A DNA stretch of 45,680 bases from Acinetobacter phage vB_AbaM_AB4P2: the sequence record OR544125.1. One strand, given 5' to 3'. Below are positions 8,969 to 18,533 of the stretch, one piece after another. The stretch's first letter is position 1. Every line of letters begins with the position of its first letter. The notes under the pieces are model-generated. The model did not search any database. It worked only from the letters and a program-made list of their open reading frames with translations, and was not told the origin of the DNA. The translations under genes and the position numbers were made by a program.

Positions 8969-9459
8969 TATTTAATCTCTCCGTTCAGTTCATTAACAAT
9001 TAACGTTGCATAGCCAGCAATATCCTTCCAGCTATCATCATAGGTCGGGTCGCCATTCAGCACGCGCCCAATCTTATGCTGAATCATGTCGAGCGCCTCA
9101 CGTTGGCTTGGCGTCAGATTGTGCCATCCATCAACCTTGCGCATCACATCTTTCAACTCCTGCATGATTTCAGCGCCATCTTTGAATTTACCGTATCGGA
9201 TACCGCGCTCGGTGATGAGCTGCTCTGTTGTGTCAGCTTCCGGTGCGCCAATGCAATCGTTGAGGTCTTGCTCGTCGGTAATTGGCTCGCGGTATGCAAT
9301 AACAACATCCCCGCAACCCTCAATCACTTCAATGCGACCAGCATAATCCATGCTTAGATAGAAAATCTCACCAGTACTTCCTGACTTAACTACAAGATAA
9401 GCCGTGTCATGGCCAGCAAAATCATCCTCATAACCTTTCAGATATTTCCATTTTTTCAT
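8968..9459 (-). CDS. Hypothetical protein with a C-terminal DUF6378-like domain.
   Basis: The C-terminal ...DDSWKDIAGYATLIVNEL and the preceding helical segment resemble phage DUF6378 proteins (...DSW.DIAGYA...), from memory. Confidence 0.4.
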   Translation of the reverse strand: MKKWKYLKGYEDDFAGHDTAYLVVKSGSTGEIFYLSMDYAGRIEVIEGCGDVVIAYREPITDEQDLNDCIGAPEADTTEQLITERGIRYGKFKDGAEIMQELKDVMRKVDGWHNLTPSQREALDMIQHKIGRVLNGDPTYDDSWKDIAGYATLIVNELNGEIK

Positions 9460-9650
9460 TTCATCGTCACCCGATTATTTGCATCAACATTAAAATTCTC
9501 ACGAATCATCTGGTACATCTCATCCTTAGGCATATCAGCCAGCGCCACATAGCAACGGGCAAAGTAGCGAACATCACGGAGTGTCAGCGGCTGCCGCTTC
9601 TCCACAATGCTGGTGATAATGTCCATCGGCTCGCGTCGTGGTCTTGGCAT
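9456..9650 (-). CDS. Hypothetical protein (64 aa), first gene of the minus-strand island.
   Basis: Overlapping stop/start. The promoter motif lies upstream at 9685-9695. Confidence 0.4.
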   Translation of the reverse strand: MPRPRREPMDIITSIVEKRQPLTLRDVRYFARCYVALADMPKDEMYQMIRENFNVDANNRVTMK

Positions 9651-9677
9651 ATTTACTACTCCTTTTCGAAATTTATT

Positions 9678-9732
9678 ATTGACGAATCTACGTCACTTAG
9701 TCAATACTGTTGGTGTAGAATGATTCTACCAC
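9678..9732. promoter_or_regulatory. Divergent promoter region carrying motif copies for both directions, including a near-palindromic head-to-head pair.
   Basis: aatctacgtca (9685-9695, minus-oriented), tggtgtagaatg (9711-9722, +) and attctaccac (9723-9732). Together the last two form the palindrome gtgtagaat-g-attctaccac. Confidence 0.45.
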
Positions 9733-9747
9733 AACGGAAAAGGTGAT

Positions 9748-9951
9748 GTGGAAATGCGATACAAAGAAATAGCAGCGAGATACCAGAAGGAAGTTCGCGA
9801 GGTTATGGAAATACTTAATGTCCGCGAGGATACCATTAAGTTTGTGGAAACTGCCATGTGCTCACTGGCGCTTGAAGCGGAGGTTGCAGGTCGTGAAAAG
9901 GCTGACGAACTTATATCTGCGGTTGTTTATAGTTCAACCAGTAACGGTTGA
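9748..9951 (+). CDS. Hypothetical protein (67 aa).
   Basis: ORF after the plus-oriented motif. RBS aaaaggtgatg. Confidence 0.35.
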   Translation: MEMRYKEIAARYQKEVREVMEILNVREDTIKFVETAMCSLALEAEVAGREKADELISAVVYSSTSNG

Positions 9952-10011
9952 GGATGAAGGCTATCTGTGCGTTGAGCACGTTGTTATAAAATTCTACGGG
10001 AGAAATTATAA

Positions 10012-10206
10012 ATGGCGCATGACGAGCTGTACGAACAATCGTTAATCCAGCGACTGAATGAAGTTGAGCGTACTCGCGAATGGCTGGAGTGCGAGTTACG
10101 CGAGGTGCGTAACCGCCTGCAACGTAAACGCAGTCAGCAAAGAGACGTTATCGACTGGTCTGGTGATACGCCCAAATTTAATAACCTAGGGGAGTGGATA
10201 AAATGA
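10012..10206 (+). CDS. Hypothetical coiled-coil protein (64 aa).
   Basis: ORF rich in E/R/L heptads. Confidence 0.35.
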   Translation: MAHDELYEQSLIQRLNEVERTREWLECELREVRNRLQRKRSQQRDVIDWSGDTPKFNNLGEWIK

Positions 10207-10454
10207 GCGCACCACATATGCCGATGATGAATGACAACGGGTTGCTGGAGTGCCCATTCTGCGGCTGTAATGAGGTTGGTATTGCTGTCGATGAGGATGG
10301 GTGGGAGTACATTGAGTGCGGTGATTGCTATTGCCGTACAGACGCATTCCGTAACAGAGAACTAATGACCAAGTCATGGAACACAAGAGTTGGTCACCTC
10401 TACACCGCAGACGACTTCAATAAGGCAGCAGAGGAGCGCGATTATGGATTATAA
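10203..10454 (+). CDS. Lar-family (restriction alleviation) small zinc-ribbon protein.
   Basis: LLECPFCGCNEVGIAVDEDGWEYIECGDCYCRTDAF...SWNTR matches the Lar_restr_allev pattern (CPFCG ... C..C ... WN.R). RBS ggagtgg is 9 nt upstream of the ATG at 10203. Confidence 0.55.
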   Translation: MSAPHMPMMNDNGLLECPFCGCNEVGIAVDEDGWEYIECGDCYCRTDAFRNRELMTKSWNTRVGHLYTADDFNKAAEERDYGL

Positions 10455-10938
10455 GTCACAAATCATGCGCGTGATTGTCAATCATCCAGGAGCAACTCGC
10501 GCATACATTGAGAAGCATTGCGGCGGTAAGCATTCAAGCACCACAACGCATCGTCTGCATGAGATGCTCGCGCTTGGCTTCATTCGCCGAGAGAGGTCAG
10601 TGATTCGTGGTGGTAAGTGGCAGTATAAATATTTTATCTCTGATGATGCCGCCGGTATTGATGATGCGATTAAGTGCCATTTGCTTGATAACGAAGGCGC
10701 GGAAGTGAAAGAAATCAGTTCATCCACTGGCTTGGATTACCGAATCGTGAAAAGCCGCATCCGCATTATGTTTCATAACGGAGATGTAACGCGAAGCTAT
10801 GACCACCACAAGAAACTGTGGCGTTATTCATGGCGTGAACAGGAAGTTAACGTCGGCAACCTGTTTAATTCACTTCTTCGCAGCGCAAGAGGTAAGCATG
10901 GGGAAAACCAAACGCAAGAAACAGGCAGTAGATTATGA
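10444..10938 (+). CDS. Tandem winged-helix DNA-binding protein. Putative transcription regulator.
   Basis: Two wHTH-like repeats: IMRVIVNHPGATRAYIEKHCGG...LHEMLALGFIRRE and LLDNEGAEVKEISSSTGLDYRIVKSRIRIMFHNGDV. RBS ggaggagcg precedes the ATG at 10444. Confidence 0.45.
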   Translation: MDYKSQIMRVIVNHPGATRAYIEKHCGGKHSSTTTHRLHEMLALGFIRRERSVIRGGKWQYKYFISDDAAGIDDAIKCHLLDNEGAEVKEISSSTGLDYRIVKSRIRIMFHNGDVTRSYDHHKKLWRYSWREQEVNVGNLFNSLLRSARGKHGENQTQETGSRL

Positions 10939-11080
10939 GCCATTACCGCCATGCGAAATGTCTGGAATGCCGCAGCGTGAGGATGTGATTTTCACCGAAT
11001 CAGAGTGGCGCAAGGTGGCAAGAGTGCAAATTATGTTCCGCAAACTTGCCGAGGATGTACTAAATGAGATGGGCTATTAA
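10898..11080 (+). CDS. Hypothetical protein (about 60 aa, MGKTKRKKQAV...).
   Basis: Internal ATG of the listed ORF 10799..11080. The upstream part overlaps the previous gene. Confidence 0.25.
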   Translation: MGKTKRKKQAVDYEPLPPCEMSGMPQREDVIFTESEWRKVARVQIMFRKLAEDVLNEMGY

Positions 11081-11396
11081 GCATAAATCTGGCAGAACTC
11101 TGTTTGTAACATCTGATGAGTTTATTGCCAATAACCGTAGAAAGATGGGCTGGATAGTGGATGGAGTGAAGATGACGAGTAGAGAACAGTTTGAAGAGTG
11201 GGCCAAAGAGAACGGAATGAGCCTTGTTTATGGTGACTGTGATTATGTGTATTCGCCAACTGTATGGGCATGGAGAGCATGGCAGGCATCACGCGCAGCA
11301 ATTGAGGTTGACCTAAGTAATATGCATTTACTGCTATGCGACCAAAATGATGTCATTGATGAATTAACAAAACACAACTTAAAGGTGAAAAAATGA
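11064..11396 (+). CDS. Hypothetical protein (110 aa).
   Basis: ORF with start/stop overlaps typical of phage operons. Confidence 0.4.
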   Translation: MRWAIKHKSGRTLFVTSDEFIANNRRKMGWIVDGVKMTSREQFEEWAKENGMSLVYGDCDYVYSPTVWAWRAWQASRAAIEVDLSNMHLLLCDQNDVIDELTKHNLKVKK

Positions 11397-11719
11397 TTAT
11401 CCAACTAAACGACATTATGAAAGCAGATATTATTCAGCTTGAATATTATGACATGCAACTGGCGTTTGAAATCGAAACCGTTGAGCGTCAACTGCAATAT
11501 GCGGATAAGAAGAATGATCGCGTCTGGCATGAGAAAGCACTTAAGGCGCGCGACCACATGAAGCGCACGCGAGCACTTATTAAAACGCGTCTTGATAAGC
11601 TGTATTTTGGTGAAGAACGCATGTTACATGGCGCGATACTGGCGCAAATCCGCAAGGAAATGCCTATTGGCAAGTTCATGTCATACGTTCATCGTGCAAA
11701 ACAGGAGGCTGGGTTATGA
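11393..11719 (+). CDS. Hypothetical protein (108 aa).
   Basis: ATGA overlap with the upstream gene. Confidence 0.4.
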   Translation: MIIQLNDIMKADIIQLEYYDMQLAFEIETVERQLQYADKKNDRVWHEKALKARDHMKRTRALIKTRLDKLYFGEERMLHGAILAQIRKEMPIGKFMSYVHRAKQEAGL

Positions 11720-11904
11720 GCGAACCAAAATTTCCAGAATTGCCAGTGGAGGTTCAGGTTGCATTGATTAATGCAGCAAGCGCAATGGCGACAAAGAAGA
11801 TTGAGGCAATAGGCAGTGATTACAACAGGAACATAGACTGGTTTCAGAGGGAGTATCAAAAAATCTGCGACGCACTCTACAAAGAAAACAGGGGTAGATC
11901 ATGA
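11716..11904 (+). CDS. Hypothetical protein (62 aa).
   Basis: ATGA overlap. RBS caggaggctggg. Confidence 0.35.
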   Translation: MSEPKFPELPVEVQVALINAASAMATKKIEAIGSDYNRNIDWFQREYQKICDALYKENRGRS

Positions 11905-12047
11905 TTCCATTACTGTGGATATTATCAGCCTACGCATTCGCAAGGGTATTTGAGGCTGACACTCTGTACCAGATGATTTGCTATGGTGCTCTGTTCTGCC
12001 TGTCAGGTGCTGCGCTTGCATTTATGGATGATGTGATTTCAGACTAA
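11901..12047 (+). CDS. Small hydrophobic protein (48 aa).
   Basis: MIPLLWILSAYAFARVF...GALFCLSGAALAF, with ATGA overlap to the upstream gene. Confidence 0.3.
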   Translation: MIPLLWILSAYAFARVFEADTLYQMICYGALFCLSGAALAFMDDVISD

Positions 12048-12241
12048 CACCGTATATCTTTTGTTCATCATGGGCTGCTATCATTTAATCAGGAGGTAGC
12101 CCATGAACATAATTCCTATCACTTACTTTCTCACGCTATACGCACTCACCAATTCGCCATTATTTGCACTGGCTACCGCCTCATGGTGCTATATCTCCCT
12201 GTGTTATAATTCGACCACAAACTAACCGTGGAGAGTTAACC

Positions 12242-14121
<1,880 letters not shown>

Positions 14122-14123
14122 TA

Positions 14124-15194
14124 ATGGAAAAGATTATTTTTACCAAAGACCTGGTAGCCAACTCCGCAGTGGTGGCTGACCAGTGGAAACATCTGACCAT
14201 CGACCGCAAGGTGTTCTGCAATGCAGAAGCTGAACTGGCGAAAACCTATGGCGTTAACGCCACCGCACTAGTAACGAAAGATTACTGGCGCGACGTGGAT
14301 AACGTTACCACCCGCGTTTTCCGCAACGAAGCTGGTCAGGATATGATGGCTGACCTGATGGGTATCGCGGCAAACATCAATATCGGTAAGACTGTGGCAA
14401 TCAGCCGCATTGCTTCCGATGCTGGTAAGGTCGTCCGCACTCTGTCTGGTCAGGAGCCGGAAGATTTGGATAAAACTCGCTACGATTACACTGGCGATGT
14501 GATTCCAATCTTCAAAACTGGCTACAGCCGCGAATGGCGTGAACTGCTGGGTATGCAGTCTGAAGGCTTCGACCCACTGCTGGACGATCAGGCTAACGTC
14601 ACCTTTAACCTGCGCTCTGATATGGCGCAGTATCTGCTGACTGGCGACCAGACTCTGAACGTGAATGGCGTTTACACTGGTTATGGCATCACCAACCACC
14701 CGAACACTGTTCAGGTTAACCTGAATGCCTCAGGCGGACTGAATATCGACCTGCAAACCGCAACTCCTGACCAAATCGTGACCTTCTTCAATCAGGATTT
14801 CCAGGCTATTCTGGATGCGCAGAACGTATTTGAGCAGGTGACTCTGTGGGTTTCCCCGGCAGTACGTCGCAGCTTCATGCGTCCGTATTCTGATGCGGCT
14901 GGCTTCAAAGGTGGCACTGTTGAGCAGTACATCACGCAATTCGGTAATGGTCGCATCGGTAAGATTGGCACCAACTTCCTGCTGACTGGCAACCATTTCG
15001 TTGGCTACGTTCGCAACGACATGTACATCCGTCCGCGTGTTGCTCAGCCCGTTTCCACCTACGCAGCAGCCCGTGTCAACCCGCACGATAACTTCAACTT
15101 CCTCGTGTGGTCAGCTATGGGCCTCCAGATTCGTAAGGATGCCGCCGGGAAAAGCCGTGTCTTTAATGGCTACGGTGATCAGGCAGCTAAATAA
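14124..15194 (+). CDS. Major capsid protein (356 aa).
   Basis: Right size and position. It is followed immediately by a strong terminator, typical of a highly expressed structural gene. Confidence 0.7.
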   Translation: MEKIIFTKDLVANSAVVADQWKHLTIDRKVFCNAEAELAKTYGVNATALVTKDYWRDVDNVTTRVFRNEAGQDMMADLMGIAANINIGKTVAISRIASDAGKVVRTLSGQEPEDLDKTRYDYTGDVIPIFKTGYSREWRELLGMQSEGFDPLLDDQANVTFNLRSDMAQYLLTGDQTLNVNGVYTGYGITNHPNTVQVNLNASGGLNIDLQTATPDQIVTFFNQDFQAILDAQNVFEQVTLWVSPAVRRSFMRPYSDAAGFKGGTVEQYITQFGNGRIGKIGTNFLLTGNHFVGYVRNDMYIRPRVAQPVSTYAAARVNPHDNFNFLVWSAMGLQIRKDAAGKSRVFNGYGDQAAK

Positions 15195-15196
15195 TA

Positions 15197-15220
15197 AAAA
15201 AGGGGCTTCGGCCCCTTTAT
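15197..15220 (+). terminator. Rho-independent terminator after the capsid gene.
   Basis: aaaaaggggcttcggcccctttat. Confidence 0.7.
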
Positions 15221-15235
15221 GAATTGAGGTGAATA

Positions 15236-15457
15236 ATGGCTAAATACGAAGTCATCGCACGAGGCATCTTTGTAAAAGAAAAGGGCAAGATTCGTGAGTT
15301 GCAGCTTGGCGAGGTGATTACCGAACCAGCTGATCATCTGATGTCAAAGCTGCGCGTTATGCCAGAGCTGCCAAAGACGTTTGAGGTTGCCACGCCTGCA
15401 AAAGAAGGTGACAGCAAACAAAAACGCCGTCGTCGCGCAGGTAGCGAAGATGAATAA
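15236..15457 (+). CDS. Hypothetical protein (73 aa, basic C-terminus).
   Basis: RBS gaggtg. It is followed by a terminator. Confidence 0.4.
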   Translation: MAKYEVIARGIFVKEKGKIRELQLGEVITEPADHLMSKLRVMPELPKTFEVATPAKEGDSKQKRRRRAGSEDE

Positions 15458-15458
15458 A

Positions 15459-15486
15459 TAAAGCCCCATGTCGGGGCTTTTGATTG
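15459..15486. terminator. Bidirectional terminator.
   Basis: aagccccatgtcggggcttttg. On the minus strand it ends the antisense island. Confidence 0.65.
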
Positions 15487-16023
15487 CTACAGACGCATAG
15501 GCATAACAACAATATTCGCAGTCTCTCCAGATGGCGCGCTAAGACAGCAAACTGCGGCATTTGTATTTCCATTCAACTCAAACTTAACGCTGCTGAATTT
15601 AGGATTAAACAGCTTCGCCACTTTCTCAATATCAACCAGATAACCAGCATTAAATCCGATGCAATCTGCCGCTTTCGTTTCCTTTGGTATAACACGATCA
15701 ATGTCAGGGAATCGTCCGTCAATCTCTTCGCATATACCAGTGCCAACCATCACTCCAACTTCATCATGATACGTTGCAATTTTCGACTTGGTATCAATGA
15801 TGGCGTAGTCATAGCGTTTTGTTGGAGATTTGCCAATCTTGATAATCACATTTTCTGTCAGCGTATTGTCATGGCTTCCACCAATGAATGCGCGATGACC
15901 GTCAGTTGATGCAATGCGACCATCAGTCATGAAGCAAATGCCATTCAGGTAGTAGCGCACATCATTGCGAGCCTGAAAGATTAATGCTGACTCAAGTAAT
16001 AATTTGCTTATTTTTAGTTTCAT
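15487..16023 (-). CDS. Truncated DNA polymerase III beta sliding-clamp (DnaN) homologue. It keeps domain II and the C-terminal half of domain III, and lacks domain I.
   Basis: [29 protein letters not shown] matches E. coli DnaN [44 protein letters not shown] matches [28 protein letters not shown] matches GFNVSYVLDVLNALK. The C-terminus IVVMPMRL matches AAYVVMPMRL. RBS aaggtgaag precedes the ATG at 16023. The listed ORF extends to 16065. Confidence 0.8.
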   Translation of the reverse strand: [178 protein letters not shown]

Positions 16024-16182
16024 CACTTCACCTTGATCATGTGCTGTTTTGCAACCTTCAGGCATTCTTCAAAAATGCCACCCTTCTTTGCGCTCTGATT
16101 GCGCTTGTAATACTGAATAGCCGCATCAATTGCCATCTGGTCGATGTCAGGCAGCTTGGTGCGAAGTTGCTTGACGAGAAAA

Positions 16183-16677
16183 TCATAAACGTTCACTTTT
16201 TACTCCGTGATTCTCGTGATACCCAGTTGAAGTTTCAGCTTTTTCTCTAGCGGATATTGCATCTTCTTTATTGGCAAAAAAACCAATATGCATCTTTGAT
16301 ACATAAGCCCTCCATAACCCACTCTTCCTGTCAAAGCTAACACCAGTTCTTCCTGATTTGTTATTTTTCTGCCTGCTAAGATTTCTATGGTTCTCTATAT
16401 GGCTCACCAGCCTTAAGTTTTCAATGCGGTTATCATCACGAATATGGTTAATGTGATCAATTTGCATCCCGTCAGGGATTGGTCCATTAAACATCTCCCA
16501 TATGATTCTGTGAGCCAAGAATTTTTTGTAATCAACGCATATGATTACATATCCTGTATTTGCAATTGTCCCAGCTAAAGAGCCACTTAGCATTTTTCTT
16601 TTTTGGTGCTTCCACCTAAGAACCCCATTATCATAATGAAAAATATCACCCCAATTTATTTTAGTTGTGCTCATCAC
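16183..16677 (-). CDS. HNH (HNH_3) plus AP2-domain homing endonuclease.
   Basis: IDHINHIRDDNRIENLRLVSHIENHRN is the HNH_3 motif. SGRTGVSFDRKSGLWRAYV is an AP2 DNA-binding domain. Confidence 0.8.
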   Translation of the reverse strand: MMSTTKINWGDIFHYDNGVLRWKHQKRKMLSGSLAGTIANTGYVIICVDYKKFLAHRIIWEMFNGPIPDGMQIDHINHIRDDNRIENLRLVSHIENHRNLSRQKNNKSGRTGVSFDRKSGLWRAYVSKMHIGFFANKEDAISAREKAETSTGYHENHGVKSERL

Positions 16678-17483
16678 ATCTTCTCCAGAATTGCCATAAC
16701 CTCGTGAATATCAGCGACAGGAATCTGAATAAACTCCTCATCTTCTGCCACTACATGACCAGCAGGTAGAATCACGTGGTCTGCTTGCTTCAACAGCTCA
16801 ATCAGGCGGTCTACTGGCTTAATCTTTTTCGACTTCAGCACTTTGGCTGTAACCTTGTCTTTGCCTTGTGCTTTGGCCTCTTCGACTGCCTCGTCGATAA
16901 CTTTTACTGCATCCTCACCATGCTCACGAGTTACCGCTACGGCATTTGCATAGCTAATTTGCCCGGCACTGATTCGCGCTTTCACCTCCGCTGGCACATC
17001 ACCCAGTGACAGGTGCATTTGCACGTCAGATACTGAGCGACCTACCTTCTTGGCGATTTCTTCATTCGTCCAGCCAAAGCCTTTCAGTCGCGTGTAGGCC
17101 TTTGCGCGTTCAAACGGGTCAAGTTGCTTACCCTGACTGGATGACACCATGAAGGCGATTTTGTCCGCCTCGTCGCCAGTGAAATCCTTACATTCAATGC
17201 GAACGATTGGTGCGCCACGTTCAATTGCACGCAGTGCGCCGAGATAGCGATGCTGACCGTCAAGAATGCGGATTCCCTTCTCGTCTGGAATAACTGTTAA
17301 TGCTGGTAATGGCTGGCCTGATTCCCAGCATTGCGCGAAATATTCGACATGCTGCTCATCTGCTTCACGGATGTTGTATCCCGGCTCCAGATAGATTTGC
17401 TCCACTGGCACGAGATAGGTTTTGTTAACAGCGATGCCGTTTCGCGTTTCTTTGTCTGAATAGATTTTGCTTAGTGTCTTCAT
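16674..17483 (-). CDS. DGQHR-domain protein (ParB/Srx-fold, DndB/DpdB-like).
   Basis: GIRILDGQHRYLGALRA contains the exact DGQHR signature. It has a ParB N-domain-like context and a charged, helical C-terminal half. Confidence 0.7.
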   Translation of the reverse strand: MKTLSKIYSDKETRNGIAVNKTYLVPVEQIYLEPGYNIREADEQHVEYFAQCWESGQPLPALTVIPDEKGIRILDGQHRYLGALRAIERGAPIVRIECKDFTGDEADKIAFMVSSSQGKQLDPFERAKAYTRLKGFGWTNEEIAKKVGRSVSDVQMHLSLGDVPAEVKARISAGQISYANAVAVTREHGEDAVKVIDEAVEEAKAQGKDKVTAKVLKSKKIKPVDRLIELLKQADHVILPAGHVVAEDEEFIQIPVADIHEVMAILEKM

Positions 17484-17842
17484 TGTTTCTTTCCTAGTGC
17501 TTTCTTGATAGATTCTTCAGCTAACAGTAATTCCTCTGGGTATTGTTCATTCCAGTTTTGTTTGTATGCCTTGCTAAGCATTTTTTGCAGAGATTCAAGC
17601 AACTCAGGGGCTGCTGCCATTAAATTAAAGTCATGCACAACGCTGCCATCAATCTCCCAATGCATCCCGTTGTATTTGGCACCCTTACTAGAGAAGGCGA
17701 TGTTTCTGTCATCGTCATAGTGACAACCCGGCGTGTCATCAGCTCTACAAGACGGGTAAACCGCTGCGCAACCACCGCGAATATCTGCAACCCACGGACC
17801 TGGCGTGCCTTTAAATTCTTTCATCTCCATTACCTCTAACAT
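17480..17842 (-). CDS. Ead/Ea22-like family protein (C-terminal domain type).
   Basis: GTPGPWVAD and the later LMAAAPELLESLQKML fit the Ead/Ea22-like pattern (GPW ... LIAAAPELLEAL), from memory. Confidence 0.4.
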   Translation of the reverse strand: MLEVMEMKEFKGTPGPWVADIRGGCAAVYPSCRADDTPGCHYDDDRNIAFSSKGAKYNGMHWEIDGSVVHDFNLMAAAPELLESLQKMLSKAYKQNWNEQYPEELLLAEESIKKALGKKQ

Positions 17843-17851
17843 TTATTGTTG

Positions 17852-17900
17852 TTTCTACGTCACTAACTATAAACGCCGCACCAATCTACGTCAACAGGAA
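17852..17900. promoter_or_regulatory. Divergent promoter region. Two minus-oriented motif copies sit beside the shared string CGTCAACAGGAA, which precedes a plus-strand gene.
   Basis: tttctacgtca (17852-17862) and aatctacgtcaacaggaa (17883-17900). The same cgtcaacaggaa string recurs at 38949-38960 and as a reverse complement at 42391-42403. Confidence 0.45.
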
Positions 17901-17940
17901 TATGCTAAAATCATGCTAATCAAACAACAGGAGATTTAAA

Positions 17941-18060
17941 CATGGGTTCAACCAATTCGCCGTCTCGTTCACGCGCTACTGGTAACACCAAAACCGGCGG
18001 CAAAACTGGCGCAGTGAAGCCAAACGGCTCTACCCGTTCACCATCGCGCGGTAAGAAATA
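17941..18060 (+). CDS. Small basic Ser/Thr/Gly-rich protein (39 aa).
   Basis: RBS caggagatttaaac precedes the ATG. MGSTNSPSRSRATGNTKTGGK... It is speculative. Confidence 0.25.
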
Positions 18061-18501
18061 ATGTTCGGCGCAGACGTTGCCATCATGATCATGTATGTGC
18101 TTGGTTTTGCCTGCACTGGCATGGTTGCGTTTCTGGTGTTCATTCCGGCAATGGTGATGTCTGTGTATCTTGGATGGGTGCTTGTTGATTCATTTCCCGC
18201 CGAATATCTGTATTACCTTGCGCAGTCTATGGTCTGGTTGTTTCCGGCTATTGCGCTGCGCAAAAGTACAAAGATGGCGCTCTGCGTGCTGACGATGAGC
18301 CTTTACGAATGGCTGGTTGCGATAGAGTCATTCGTATGGGAATTTATCACGCCTGTAGAAACGCCGCTTCATGCGCAGTACGCATTTATTATTATCGGCA
18401 TCCATCTGTTCATCCTTTCCATCACTTTTAAATGGGGCGGCGAAATTGGACATTATTCTTGGCGTGGTTGCCATCGTTTTTTCGCTGATTCAAATCTATA
18501 A
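18061..18501 (+). CDS. Integral membrane protein (146 aa, about 4 TM helices).
   Basis: Four hydrophobic segments. The ATG overlaps the upstream stop (TAATG). Confidence 0.45.
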   Translation: MFGADVAIMIMYVLGFACTGMVAFLVFIPAMVMSVYLGWVLVDSFPAEYLYYLAQSMVWLFPAIALRKSTKMALCVLTMSLYEWLVAIESFVWEFITPVETPLHAQYAFIIIGIHLFILSITFKWGGEIGHYSWRGCHRFFADSNL

Positions 18502-18533
18502 GTGCTGGAAACATATCATCAGCGAGACTCGCA

